Made by a program: the position numbers and the translations under genes | Assembly: GCA_049318585.1 (NCBI GenBank) | Contig: JBMOGB010000001.1 | Location: forward strand, 62,851 to 126,850 | Length of the DNA: 64,000 nt | Direction of reading: 5' to 3' | Source of the DNA: Bacteroidia bacterium | Lineage (GTDB): Bacteria > Bacteroidota > Bacteroidia > UKL13-3 | Shown here: piece after piece, positions 15,428 through 25,636 of the stretch | Layout of the letters: each line of letters opens with the position of its first letter | How positions within the stretch are numbered: position 1 is the stretch's first letter | The notes under the pieces: generated by a model | Seen by the model: only the letters and a program-made list of their open reading frames with translations | The model's database searches: none | Told to the model about the DNA's origin: nothing

Positions 15428-18400
15428 ATGACATATCGACATATAGGATTTAGCGATAGCATTGTAATGAGAGAACTAGAAAAGATAGCTAGGGATAAGG
15501 GCTTAATTGAAGAAGAATTATACATTCCTCAATTAAAGAAAAAAGCTAGCAACAGGTTGGTAGAGACCGGCGATGTTTTTGTTGATGCGATAACACTTGC
15601 GGCGGAATTGCGGGAACGTGGTTTTAATAAGCAAGCAGCCGCATTGGAAAATAAAGCGATAATATATAAAAGCGCATATAATAATAATACGCCAGCATCA
15701 ACTATGGAAGAACGACAAGAAAGGGAGAGCGTTCTTTATAATACCAAATTTGGTCAAGGCATATTGAATAATGCGCACTTGCCATTGGAATTGCCAAAAC
15801 TTCCAAGCTCAATTAATGAGGGACATTTTGAAACAATTGAGGAAATTAATAAAATATTGGTTGAAAGCACAAAACATCAACCAATTGGAAAATTGGGGAA
15901 TGTTATTTCTTATCTTAATAAAATTGCAACAGTTGAGACAGGAATTGTTACAGCTAAAGATTTAAATAGTAAAATCAGCCAATATATTTCAAATATAACA
16001 GAACAAAATAACCAATTTGATAGAACTTCGATAGGACATACTCTAGATATATTAAAGTCTATTAAAGCAAGCGAAGGGAGTCTAAAACCGTTTATTGACC
16101 AGGCAAACAGAAATATAGTAGAATTTGGTCTGTTAAGTTTGAATAAAAGTGTTATTGATAATATTAACGAATCAGGACAGCCTGCTCTTGACAAAGTAAA
16201 AACCTTAGTCCCTACTGTTTTAACCATAGATGGTGCTAGTGACTATAATACAGCAATTAATAAGATAAAAGAATTTACAATCATAAAACCCGCAGATATT
16301 ACATATATAAGAACATGCTATTATCCCGCGGAAGACAAATTCTTAGAAATAATTAAAAAAAGCAATGAAGCAATAAATAATACAATTATAATTAAAATTA
16401 TTAATAATGGTGCGTTAATAACTGCCGAATTTAATAAATTTAAAACTAAAATTATAGATGCTGATGATAATTCTATTTCTGGAATAAGAAAAAATCAAAG
16501 AGCTATAGCGAATATTAAAAAAAGCACTTTTATAAAAAATGTAAACGCCGACGCCCTATCATTATTTCAAATAGGGGGACCTTTTAATTTGGAAGATTAT
16601 AATCCAAATTGTAGCCCAATAATAGAAAATTTTATAATTATATTAAACAAAATTAAAACAAATAGTGCAAATTTAAAACTAGTTGTGCTTCCCGCCCTTG
16701 ATACCTGTATAGATGAATTATCTGATATGGAGCAATCATCAGCGTTAGTCGATAAATTAACTATATTTGATAGTTTGAATACAGGTATAGGTGAATATAT
16801 AGATGAAAACTCAAAAGCTGATCGTTTTGATAGAGCAATTATAAAAGTAGCAGGAATATTTACTACCCCAGCTGGAGGCACAACCGCAGTAAAAACACCC
16901 GCAGCAGGTGGTAGTGGTGGTGGTAGTGGTGGTGGTGGTGGTGGTGGTGGTGGTGGTGGTGGTGGTGCGCAAACAAAACAAAGAACTGAGGAAGCAAAAG
17001 CCGGGGTAAGAAGAATGCAGGGATTATGTTCTGCTTTTGGCAAAGTTGTTGCAAAAGCACTACCCAGCGGTACAAGCCCAGAAAAAGCTAGAATACAAAA
17101 AGCTTATTCTAGGATTGATTTAACTTCAAGCACTGAGAATCCTGGAGCAGAAAGCGATGGCACCTGGGGACCCAATACTGAGATAGCATTAAAACAAATA
17201 AACGCATTATTAAATGACGATGCTTTTAGACAAGTTGGTGGGGCAGTATCAACAAACAAGCCAACATCGGCAGAAACTGATGACGCCTTGATAGAGCGGG
17301 CTTCTAAAAATTTCGCGGTAATGTCAAAAGCTCTCGCAATTCTAGATTCAGATATTGCTGCTATTTCTGGAATTGATAATTCATATATGATTATTGATAT
17401 ATTGCCAAGCACAATCACTGCGGAATTATTAGAAAGTAAAGAAGGTATACGTTTATCATTTAGTAATATTATTTCATTAAGAAATCTTAAAGCACATTTA
17501 GTAAAATCTGGCTTTATACCTGCAAGTGCAGATGATGACGTTAAAACCAGACAGCTTTCTAATGCAGGTCCTGATCTTACGCCTCTGCCTAAAGGAAGTC
17601 TGAATGATAAAACAACAGCCGGATCTAAAATTATTAATTTAATTAATAATATATTAAAAACATCAGGTTCAAATGACAACGTTAATGCTTGGACATTTGG
17701 ACAATTTGAAGAATTATTAGGCTGGTTATACAAAAGGGCTGAATTTCAAAAAACTGAAATTTCTGGTCTCTTAACAGCAGAAGAGAGTCCTGAAGCTAGA
17801 AAGAATAAAAAGCTTCTTGATATTAAAACCAATTATTCCGTAACTATTAAACTATTACAAGCTCATTTAAAACGATTAGCAACGGCAGCTAATATAGATC
17901 TTAAGACAGAGGCTTATAAAGGTATTGTTGTTCGAAATGATTGGTTAAATGGGATTCTAGGAGAAGAGCCTGCAAATATTGCCCCTGGTGGTGGTCGTGG
18001 TAGTCGTCGTGGTCGTGGTGGTGGTGGTGGTGGTGGTTATAGTGGAGGATATGGAAACCAAGAATTACCTCAAGCGGTGCTAACATTCAAAATGACACCT
18101 TTCCCAGATAACAGAACATTATATGTCCATGCATTATTGCAAGCTTTTGAAATAACCGACCAAGTTCTTGACGCGGGACCAAGAACTATACTTTATAGTT
18201 CTTTAGACACGTTAGAAACTGCAATGAGCGTTCTTCCAGCAGAAACTCCACAATCATATTATCATCATTTATTAAAAATATTTAAAAAAATACAAGCTGG
18301 ATATAGAACCTTTGCTGAAGACGTACAAATACCAGATAGGGTTAGAGACCAACAAGACCAAAGGTGCATAGAAATACAACATAAAGTCATGGCACTTAAA

Positions 18401-18820
18401 AATCAAACACCGGAACCAGCACCAAGACCAGGAACTGTAACTAGAACCCCAGATTCAAGCCGACCAGAAATTGTTAAAAACAATAATCAAGAAAATGTGG
18501 ACTATACAGATAAATGGACTAAAAATAAACAAGCAATAGCTACTTTATTAAGAAATGCTAATTTTATAGCGATGTACCATAATAATTCGGACACTAGCCC
18601 AAATACTAAGAGCGATTTATATTTTGAAAAAGAAATTAACGGGGCATTTACAGCAGTTTTTTATTCGCCAATGCAAGGTATGCCAGCAGGCACTGTTGCT
18701 TCTTATCAGAAAGATCGTGGTAGCAATCCAATTTATAATCAAGCTGCTATGTATGAAATGTATACACCAGGGGCTATGCAGTTATTAAGAGAAGCTGGCG
18801 TAAATTTAGGCACGCAATAA
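15428..18820 (+). CDS. large (1130 aa) putative virion-associated protein with Gly tracts and a peptidoglycan-binding-like motif
   Basis: SD aaaggtaat lies upstream. Poly-Gly is encoded by a GGT run. GAESDGTWGPNTEIALKQINALL resembles the PG_binding_1 core (DG.(F/W)G..T..A(L/V)K.(F/I)). RGG-like GGGRGSRRGRGGGGGGGYSGGYG lies at ~17986-18054. Confidence 0.55.
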   Translation: MTYRHIGFSDSIVMRELEKIARDKGLIEEELYIPQLKKKASNRLVETGDVFVDAITLAAELRERGFNKQAAALENKAIIYKSAYNNNTPASTMEERQERESVLYNTKFGQGILNNAHLPLELPKLPSSINEGHFETIEEINKILVESTKHQPIGKLGNVISYLNKIATVETGIVTAKDLNSKISQYISNITEQNNQFDRTSIGHTLDILKSIKASEGSLKPFIDQANRNIVEFGLLSLNKSVIDNINESGQPALDKVKTLVPTVLTIDGASDYNTAINKIKEFTIIKPADITYIRTCYYPAEDKFLEIIKKSNEAINNTIIIKIINNGALITAEFNKFKTKIIDADDNSISGIRKNQRAIANIKKSTFIKNVNADALSLFQIGGPFNLEDYNPNCSPIIENFIIILNKIKTNSANLKLVVLPALDTCIDELSDMEQSSALVDKLTIFDSLNTGIGEYIDENSKADRFDRAIIKVAGIFTTPAGGTTAVKTPAAGGSGGGSGGGGGGGGGGGGGAQTKQRTEEAKAGVRRMQGLCSAFGKVVAKALPSGTSPEKARIQKAYSRIDLTSSTENPGAESDGTWGPNTEIALKQINALLNDDAFRQVGGAVSTNKPTSAETDDALIERASKNFAVMSKALAILDSDIAAISGIDNSYMIIDILPSTITAELLESKEGIRLSFSNIISLRNLKAHLVKSGFIPASADDDVKTRQLSNAGPDLTPLPKGSLNDKTTAGSKIINLINNILKTSGSNDNVNAWTFGQFEELLGWLYKRAEFQKTEISGLLTAEESPEARKNKKLLDIKTNYSVTIKLLQAHLKRLATAANIDLKTEAYKGIVVRNDWLNGILGEEPANIAPGGGRGSRRGRGGGGGGGYSGGYGNQELPQAVLTFKMTPFPDNRTLYVHALLQAFEITDQVLDAGPRTILYSSLDTLETAMSVLPAETPQSYYHHLLKIFKKIQAGYRTFAEDVQIPDRVRDQQDQRCIEIQHKVMALKNQTPEPAPRPGTVTRTPDSSRPEIVKNNNQENVDYTDKWTKNKQAIATLLRNANFIAMYHNNSDTSPNTKSDLYFEKEINGAFTAVFYSPMQGMPAGTVASYQKDRGSNPIYNQAAMYEMYTPGAMQLLREAGVNLGTQ
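16928..16966 (+). repeat. (GGT)13 microsatellite (within GGT/AGT tract 16907-16966)
   Basis: 13 uninterrupted ggt codons, preceded by ggtggtagtggtggtggtagt, encode GGSGGGSG(13). Confidence 0.9.
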
Positions 18821-18826
18821 GGCATA

Positions 18827-19870
18827 ATGAACCAAAAAACTAGAGTAAAAGCACTTAAGTCGATACATAAGCAAGCAGAATTTTCTGTAATGAATCTTCT
18901 TGTTGATTCAGTTAAGAACACAATTAAACCGGATGATTTACTTGGAAGTGTTGGGCAATTATTTACAGAAGGGCTTTTATATACTGCATTAGGACCGGCA
19001 TATGGAATTATAGCAACTTTATTAGATACAGTATTTGGAGTTAATATAGGAACACTACTGGGCGCATTGAAAAAATATGTTCTCCCATATTTAATTTCAG
19101 GCTTTAATCATTCAGATATAACAGGAGCAACTGTTTCATTAACTGGCAATGTAATGCAAACATTAGGAATTTCTCAATCTTCATCAAAAGCAAATACTAC
19201 GCTTGGTGATTTAGCAGAAAGTGAAGGCTTATCAGCGCAAGGCAATTTATACTCAAAAGATAATAGAATTATAAAAGAAGCTTCTTTTAGAAGCTTATTT
19301 GCCAGCTTATCATTAAAAACATTAGTCTCTTCAATAATAAAATCAATATTAATTGGGTTTGGGCTTTCGGCGGCTGCAGGCGCAGTAAAATATACTGGCA
19401 GAGAATTGCTTGGTATTGGGGGTGGAAGCACAGGCGGAACTGGAACTGGAGAAGCAGGAGAGGGTACTGATGGTATTGCAACCCCAGGAGCATCAGGAAA
19501 AACAATACTTCAATATATGGGTCCGGTAAATCAAGCTTATAGTGCAGCAACTATAGTTTATAAAAACAATGCAAGTATAGATGAGGCGGGCGGGTCTGCT
19601 TTTTATATCACATTATCTGGATCATTTGAAGATACTATAATTAGTTATATCAAAAATATATATGCAGATGCAAGCGACGCGGTATATGACGTTATAGAAA
19701 ATAATATTGGCAAAGTATTACCATCAATTGAAAAATTCTTTATAAGATGGAATAACAATAATATTGAATATAATTCGATGATTAGAGTCCCTCCAGTAAT
19801 TGAGAATGTGCAATTAAAATCTATAAAAAATATTGCTGACCTTGTATTAAGTAGAATCAAGGTAAAATAA
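18827..19870 (+). CDS. hypothetical protein with hydrophobic/Gly-rich segments
   Basis: 347-aa ORF, 6 nt after the previous stop. Hydrophobic stretches LLYTALGPAYGIIATLLDTVFGV and SIIKSILIGFGLSAAAGAV. Gly-rich GIGGGSTGGTGTGEAGEGTDG. Confidence 0.55.
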   Translation: MNQKTRVKALKSIHKQAEFSVMNLLVDSVKNTIKPDDLLGSVGQLFTEGLLYTALGPAYGIIATLLDTVFGVNIGTLLGALKKYVLPYLISGFNHSDITGATVSLTGNVMQTLGISQSSSKANTTLGDLAESEGLSAQGNLYSKDNRIIKEASFRSLFASLSLKTLVSSIIKSILIGFGLSAAAGAVKYTGRELLGIGGGSTGGTGTGEAGEGTDGIATPGASGKTILQYMGPVNQAYSAATIVYKNNASIDEAGGSAFYITLSGSFEDTIISYIKNIYADASDAVYDVIENNIGKVLPSIEKFFIRWNNNNIEYNSMIRVPPVIENVQLKSIKNIADLVLSRIKVK

Positions 19871-19922
19871 TATACATATCTTTGAATATTTTGTTATATA
19901 ATTGAATTTAGAAAAGGAAAAA

Positions 19923-21200
19923 ATGGTTAAATATTACAATCAAAATAATGGAAGTGAAGTATATTCTGAGTTTTTAAAACTTGCCAATGAAAAAGAGTCA
20001 TTATATGGAGTAACAACCGGTGATGATGAAACTGGGCAAGATCTTATAGAGCAAGCCCATCCAGAAGATGCAAAAACAATAGATTCATATATAGATAGAG
20101 GAGGTATTGTAGAAAATCAATGGCAGCAACAAGAAGCGGATATTTTTGTGGCAAGAAGAATGCCTAATGGAACCATATCAAGAAAAAAAAACGCAACAAA
20201 TGATTTGACAAATGAATTAAATATGATCATTTCTGAAATGGAAATCCGCAGGCAAAATGATCTTGTTAAATTTGCAAAAAGAATAAAGAAAAAAGCAGTA
20301 GGTCCATTAGCAGTAGGTCCATTAGCAGTAGGTCCATTAGCAATAGCTGGAATAGCAGCCGCTGTAATAATCCCAGTAGTTGGAGCTTGGTGGTATATGT
20401 CCCATAGAACCGATCCAAAAAATACAGGTATAGACAAGGCTATTAATGAATTATTAAAAAATATAGCAATATATAAACAAGTTTTATTGGAGAAATTAAC
20501 TGGAGAACAACGCGGCAATATTATTCAAAATATAGATCAATTTATTGTTTTTATTTCAGGCTTAAGCGAATCAAGAAATACTTATATGCAAAGTTCAAGT
20601 TCATTGGCTAATATGTTACAAGCAGAAACTAATATATCTCCAGATAAAGAACCAACAGCTGAAGATATTAATAACAATCTAAAAAAAGATAATGATGATA
20701 AACCAATATTAGATGCTAATCAAAATCAGCAATTAAATGATAAAGCTAAACATATTATTGATTATATCAATAGATTTAATGAAATGTATAAAAAATATAT
20801 TACAACATCAATAAATCCAAGATTGCAAAAAGAATTAAACGATTATTATATGCCTTATTTTGAACAGACTAAAGATATTGAAGGTATTAATCAAGATTGG
20901 ACTGATAAAGTTTCAGACATTGTTAATCCTACATTAAAATCTACTGGAGAAAATTTTATACAAAATTTACAATCGCTTATAAAATCTTTAGACAGTGACT
21001 TAGCAGTTAGAGAAATTGACAGAAAAAAAGCAATAGATAATGTAACATCAAAAGTACAATCTAATATATCATCTCAATTTACAATTGATCCAGCATTATT
21101 AGCTGAAAATGAGCAACCAACACCAAATACAAAACCAAATACAGCACCAAATGCAGCACCAAATGCAGCAGCAACTCCAAACACAGCACCAATAAAGTAA
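19923..21200 (+). CDS. single-pass membrane or virion protein
   Basis: ATG 19923 follows aaaaggaaaaa (the ORF track starts at TTG 19902). 3x AVGPL is followed by a TM-like AIAGIAAAVIIPVVGAWWYM. C-terminal PNT/APNA repeats. Confidence 0.6.
   Translation: MVKYYNQNNGSEVYSEFLKLANEKESLYGVTTGDDETGQDLIEQAHPEDAKTIDSYIDRGGIVENQWQQQEADIFVARRMPNGTISRKKNATNDLTNELNMIISEMEIRRQNDLVKFAKRIKKKAVGPLAVGPLAVGPLAIAGIAAAVIIPVVGAWWYMSHRTDPKNTGIDKAINELLKNIAIYKQVLLEKLTGEQRGNIIQNIDQFIVFISGLSESRNTYMQSSSSLANMLQAETNISPDKEPTAEDINNNLKKDNDDKPILDANQNQQLNDKAKHIIDYINRFNEMYKKYITTSINPRLQKELNDYYMPYFEQTKDIEGINQDWTDKVSDIVNPTLKSTGENFIQNLQSLIKSLDSDLAVREIDRKKAIDNVTSKVQSNISSQFTIDPALLAENEQPTPNTKPNTAPNAAPNAAATPNTAPIK
20295..20339 (+). 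repeat. 15-nt tandem repeat x3 (gcagtaggtccatta; AVGPL)
   Basis: Three perfect copies directly before the predicted TM helix. Confidence 0.9.
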
Positions 21201-21203
21201 TAA

Positions 21204-21773
21204 ATGGATGCAACAGTAAAAGCGTTTCAAGATTACTTAAAATCATCACCTCTGGGAGTTTCATATGGTGGACCTTGCGATGGGGAAATTTCCGCCCCTG
21301 GATTAAAAGCTGCCCTTATAGCTTTGCAAAATGCCGTCAGAAAAGCTTTATCAGAAAAAACAGATGAGAAGTATAAAGAATTATCAAAAACTTTTACAGT
21401 GCTATCTGGTGATAAAATATCCGCTTCCGTTGAAAATATTAAACAAATATTGGCAGTTCCATCAAATCCAGCAACAACTCCAACACAAGAAGCTAAACCA
21501 GGAGAAGATAAGAATATAAAAGCCATTCAAGAAATGTTTAATTCAAATCCATTTGGCTTAAGTTATTCAGGTCCAAAAGATGGGATAATGAATGACCAAC
21601 TTGCAGTTGCTTTAAAACAACTCGAAGAAAAAATAACAGCAACAACCGGCGCAAGCGTGGCTGGTCAAATAGTATCTGGAAATAAAGTGCTTACAGATTC
21701 TGGAGACCTTTCTAAAACTTTCTCTTTAGTAAAATCTTATCTGAAGTTTGAAGCAGATAAATCTAAGAAATAA
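21204..21773 (+). CDS. protein with two peptidoglycan-binding-like repeats
   Basis: VKAFQDYLKSSPLGVSYGGPCDGEISAPGLKAALIALQ and IKAIQEMFNSNPFGLSYSGPKDGIMNDQLAVALKQLE both fit the V..(F/I)Q..L......DG......(T/L)..A(L/V)..(L/F)Q pattern of PG_binding_1. Confidence 0.55.
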   Translation: MDATVKAFQDYLKSSPLGVSYGGPCDGEISAPGLKAALIALQNAVRKALSEKTDEKYKELSKTFTVLSGDKISASVENIKQILAVPSNPATTPTQEAKPGEDKNIKAIQEMFNSNPFGLSYSGPKDGIMNDQLAVALKQLEEKITATTGASVAGQIVSGNKVLTDSGDLSKTFSLVKSYLKFEADKSKK

Positions 21774-22572
21774 CTAATTGCTTTTCCTTTTCTTTTTCTT
21801 TTTTCCTTTTCCAATATTCCCTTCTCTGCTTTATAATCTCTGGCTTCTTTCTATATTCTTTTCTCCATAATTTGTCCCTTTCTATTACTTTTGGATCCTT
21901 CATATATTCTCTTCTAGATTCCATTATCTTTTCTTTATCTCTTTCATATTGCAGCTTCCTTCTTAAGATATTCTTATCACTCTCACCATAAGATTTATTT
22001 GTTTCTTTACATCTGTCACATTTCTTTGTCTTACTAAAACAGCTTGCTAATTTATTGTTCCTACAACCAACGCAATATTTAATATCATTATTTTTTACAG
22101 TTTCTATTATATTTCTATCAAGATTATATTTCTCATTTAAATTATTTCCATTATCATTTTTAATAGCTTCAATTATTTCTTTTTTCATCTTCTTTATTGC
22201 AAACCATATCTTATCTTCCTCAGTTATAATTTTGTTAGATAAATGAGAATTGCTCATATTAAGCCTTGCATTTAAAGTTGGCTTTCCGTGAGCCCCGCCT
22301 TCTTTCATGTTATATCCATATTTGCTATTTGTACTTTTATATGCTTCTATAAATGATATCTCTAAATAATCAGCAGCCTCTTGTCCATAACAATTGCCAA
22401 GCAATTCAATAGAAAAGCTATCAAGCCCATATTTATTAAATGCACTTTCTAAATGCTTATTAGGAGCATGCCTTTTATGGCAGTTAAATCTTTTTTTAAT
22501 TGTTTGCCATGTTTGTCCTATATATACTTTGTTATTGACCTTGTTTCTTATAACATAAATGGAGCATATCAT
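21763..22572 (-). mobile_element. free-standing GIY-YIG homing endonuclease gene
   Basis: IYVIRNKVNNKVYIGQT (GIY..YIG), RFNCHKRH, NKHLESAFNKYG and YNMKEGG (catalytic E region). Basic C-terminal DNA-binding-like tail with CxxC..CxxC. Convergently overlaps 21204..21773 by 11 nt. Confidence 0.85.
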
Positions 22573-22726
22573 ATCCCATTATATATCTTTTATTTAATTT
22601 TTAATATTTTAAAATCTATTAATTATATCAATTATTGTATATTATAATTAGTGAAGAAAATGTTTGTTTTCTTACACAATATTAAGATCAAGAAGAAAGA
22701 CAAAAACAAACTATAAAAAGGCAAAA

Positions 22727-23419
22727 ATGGCATTAAAACTAAAACAAGCAGGGATTCAACCTCTAGGGCAGTTTGACGGGTACGACGAAAATTATTTAAC
22801 AATCAAAGGCGGCGAAGTAGGTCGTTGGGTAGCAGTGCCTTACACTTACCCAGGATCACTTGATAAAGCAGCTTCTGATGTTTTTGATGGTTATTCTGGC
22901 ACACCCGTTCATTACCGTCCAGCAGTATCCCGTGCTCTAGAATCAACAGGTGGCTCATCAACATACCGTCCATTATTCCTACTTGATGAAGGAACAGTTG
23001 GCTATGGCACCATGTTCGGAACAGTCGTTGGTGGCGTTGTTGGTCAAGTTGTACCAAATCCATCAAATTTATCAAACGTAACTGTACTTGGTCCTCATAC
23101 CGCAGCAGGAAGCGGCAAAGTAACGCTTTGGGACAAACCAGGTCTATATGGCGTTACACTAGACGCAGTAGCTCCTTCAGTTGATGTTGTCGTATCAAAT
23201 CCAATGCCAGGTGATCCATTATTCGCAGACACATTAGGCAGACTAACACTAACAGCCGGAGAGTCGTTTGATACTGGTGCCGGTGGTGAAACAATCGTAG
23301 GTCGTTTTGCTGAGTTCACCACAAACGGTTCTCTAGTAACCACCCCATCATATGTAGCATTGCCAACAGTAGTTCGACAATTCACTGAAATGCTATTCCA
23401 CTTCAGAATCGAGAACTAA
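22727..23419 (+). CDS. GC-rich putative capsid decoration/auxiliary head protein directly upstream of the capsid gene
   Basis: ATG 22727 follows aaaaaggcaaaa (the ORF track starts at 22664). Gly/Val/Thr-rich, beta-type composition. Followed by a strong terminator. The role is inferred from position and composition only. Confidence 0.5.
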   Translation: MALKLKQAGIQPLGQFDGYDENYLTIKGGEVGRWVAVPYTYPGSLDKAASDVFDGYSGTPVHYRPAVSRALESTGGSSTYRPLFLLDEGTVGYGTMFGTVVGGVVGQVVPNPSNLSNVTVLGPHTAAGSGKVTLWDKPGLYGVTLDAVAPSVDVVVSNPMPGDPLFADTLGRLTLTAGESFDTGAGGETIVGRFAEFTTNGSLVTTPSYVALPTVVRQFTEMLFHFRIEN

Positions 23420-23456
23420 TAACTACTAGGTAATAAGCAAACAAGTTGTTAATGTA

Positions 23457-23490
23457 AGGGGGAGATATTAGTCTCCCTCTTTTTTTATTT
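23457..23490 (+). terminator. rho-independent terminator
   Basis: Stem agggggaga/tctccctct (up to 9 bp, one G-U) with loop tattag, followed by tttttttatttt. Confidence 0.7.
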
Positions 23491-23689
23491 TGAAATAGCG
23501 AATTTTTTTAATAATTTTTTATATATAAAAAAAATCTACGCATAAGATAATATATCTGTATGTAAATTGTCTGGTTCTGGAATAGAGTACGGACATTAAA
23601 CAAAAACTTGTAGAGGCGCTGAGTAGCAAATCAGGTCGTTGAAACAAGACGCTTCTAGCCTTGTGCTAGCAGTAATTCACAGGAGTAAA

Positions 23690-24703
23690 ATGAATATTTT
23701 TAATACACAAGGACAATTAAATGCATCTTCAGTAAAAGATGCATTTCAAACAATTATGAAATTCGCCTCAATTCTTGAGGATAACGTCCCATCAAATGCC
23801 TCGCTAGCTGGTAGACCAGACTTAAGCGATACCGGCAGAGATGACCTAATCACCAGAGCCATCATGACAATGGACGGTAAAATTGCTTTAGCCCAGGCTA
23901 TGGCAAATCCAATCCGCAGAAATTTAGACTATCAGGGAATTGCCCGTAGAACACTAGTGTTAGATCCTCTACCACAAGGCGCTCTACCAGTTTATGACCG
24001 CGATATCGACGTTGCTGCAGTTATCGTATCAAGTAACGGTACAGCACCAGAGAGCCGCGTATTTGCAGAGAGAATTACGGTTCCAGAATTTGAAATTATT
24101 TGCAATCCAACAGTTCGTATTCACGAAGTTCGCAGACGACGATTCAATGTAATTGACCGTGCCGTTCAAAAGGCTCGTCAAGAAATCATGGCTCAAGAAG
24201 ATGCAAACATCTTTGCAGCCCTAGACACAGCTTCTCAAGTAGAGAACACTCTTACCGACATCGCTGATGGTGGTTTAACAAAGAGAGACCTATCAGAAAT
24301 CAAAGTTTCAATTGATCGTTGGGACCTAGTAACTACCAAGTTCTTCCTAAACATTAATGAGTTCAATGACATTCTAAATTGGGGCTCAGGCGGTGGACAA
24401 GGACCTCAAGGTGGCGAAGTAGATCCAGTAACTCAACGCGAGATTCTACAAACTGGTCTATATGCACATCTTTGGGGAGCAGACATTCATGTAAGCAAGA
24501 TCGTTCCTCCAGGCACAGTATATGGTTGTGCAGATCCAGAGTTCGTAGGCGTTATGCCAGTACGTCAGGACATCGAAGTCCTTCCTGCTGATGAACCTCG
24601 CCAATTAAAATTGGGCTGGGTAGTAAATGAAATAATCGGTATCGGCATTGTAAATCCAAGAGCAGTGGCCGCTGGACGCAAATCAGTACAAATAAACCCC
24701 TAA
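23690..24703 (+). CDS. major capsid protein, HK97 fold
   Basis: AGGAG (23681-23685) lies 4 nt before ATG 23690 (the ORF track starts at TTG 23639). RRNLDYQGIARRTLVLDPLPQGALPVYDRD.., ITVPEFEI.., RRRRFNVIDRAVQKARQEIMAQEDANIFAAL.., GADIHVSKIVPPGTVYGCADPEFVGVMPVRQD.. follow the typical HK97/encapsulin-type capsid pattern. GC-rich, with terminators on both sides. Confidence 0.85.
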   Translation: MNIFNTQGQLNASSVKDAFQTIMKFASILEDNVPSNASLAGRPDLSDTGRDDLITRAIMTMDGKIALAQAMANPIRRNLDYQGIARRTLVLDPLPQGALPVYDRDIDVAAVIVSSNGTAPESRVFAERITVPEFEIICNPTVRIHEVRRRRFNVIDRAVQKARQEIMAQEDANIFAALDTASQVENTLTDIADGGLTKRDLSEIKVSIDRWDLVTTKFFLNINEFNDILNWGSGGGQGPQGGEVDPVTQREILQTGLYAHLWGADIHVSKIVPPGTVYGCADPEFVGVMPVRQDIEVLPADEPRQLKLGWVVNEIIGIGIVNPRAVAAGRKSVQINP

Positions 24704-24738
24704 TATATCAAACTACATTAAAATATAATTAGCTATAA

Positions 24739-24773
24739 AAGCCGGATAGATAACTATTCGGCTTCGTTATTTT
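24739..24773 (+). terminator. rho-independent terminator after the capsid gene
   Basis: aagccggatag-ataa-ctattcggctt forms an 11-bp stem (one G-U) with a tetraloop, followed by cgttatttt. Confidence 0.75.
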
Positions 24774-24805
24774 AAGACAAGTTATACGCATATTATAACA
24801 TTCAT

Positions 24806-24821
24806 TGCAGGAGTACCTGCA
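24806..24821 (+). promoter_or_regulatory. hairpin partly sequestering the SD of the LAGLIDADG gene
   Basis: tgcagg-agta-cctgca (6-bp stem). The GGAG of the SD occupies 24810-24813, inside the stem and loop. ATG at 24824. Confidence 0.4.
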
Positions 24822-24823
24822 TA

Positions 24824-25636
24824 ATGAAAGTTGATAAAAATATAGAACAAGAGATAATAAAAAGATATTCTGATGGCGAATCATCTGAAAAATTAGCTAA
24901 AGAATTTAATGTTAATGGGACTACAATATGTAGAAAATTAAAAAAACACAGTATAAAAATTAGAAGCTCACAAGAAAACAAACAATTATATAAAAAAGAC
25001 GAGAATTGGTTATTAGATATAAACACTGAAGAAAAAGCATATTTTTTAGGGCTAATGATTTCTGATGGAACTGTGCATTCAAAAAGAGAAGCCTCTAGCA
25101 TTTCTTTATTAAAAGATGATGCTGATGTCTTATCTAAAATATCTATACTAGTATATGGATTTGATAATACTAAAATTTATAGTATAAAGAACTCGTTATT
25201 GAAAATAAAAAAATTAGATTTTTATGGCAAATGTTTTAAAAATAATTTAATAAAACATAGCTGTATGCCGAATAAAACATTTATTGTAACATATCCAAAT
25301 ACAATACCAGAAAATCTACAATCACATTTTATAAGAGGATTATTAGATGGCGATGGCTGTATTTATGTATCTAAAAATAGATTTATTGTTGATTTTGTTG
25401 GAACTCATATGCTTTTGAATGGAGTTAAAAATATAATCAATGACATATTTAGAATGAATATTTTATTTTCATTTTATAAAGGGAAAAAACATAAAGATAC
25501 AATTTGCAGTATGAGAATAAATAAAAAAAATGATGTTAAAAAATTTCTTGACTTTATATACAAAGATTCTACAATATATTTTAATCGTAAAAAAGATAAA
25601 TATATAGAGATAAAAGAGCAGGCATTGGCAAGTTAA
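24824..25636 (+). mobile_element. free-standing LAGLIDADG homing endonuclease gene (double-motif) with N-terminal HTH
   Basis: YFLGLMISDGTV and FIRGLLDGDGCIY are two LAGLIDADG motifs ~100 aa apart. N-terminal YSDGESSEKLAKEFNVNGTTICRKLKK is HTH-like. Confidence 0.85.

Noticed and set aside
20183-20191. A9 run inside 19923..21200, considered as a frameshift site.
   Set aside because: The zero frame continues for more than 330 codons and no alternative-frame ORF follows. It shows that long A-runs occur here without consequence, which tempers the other two frameshift calls.
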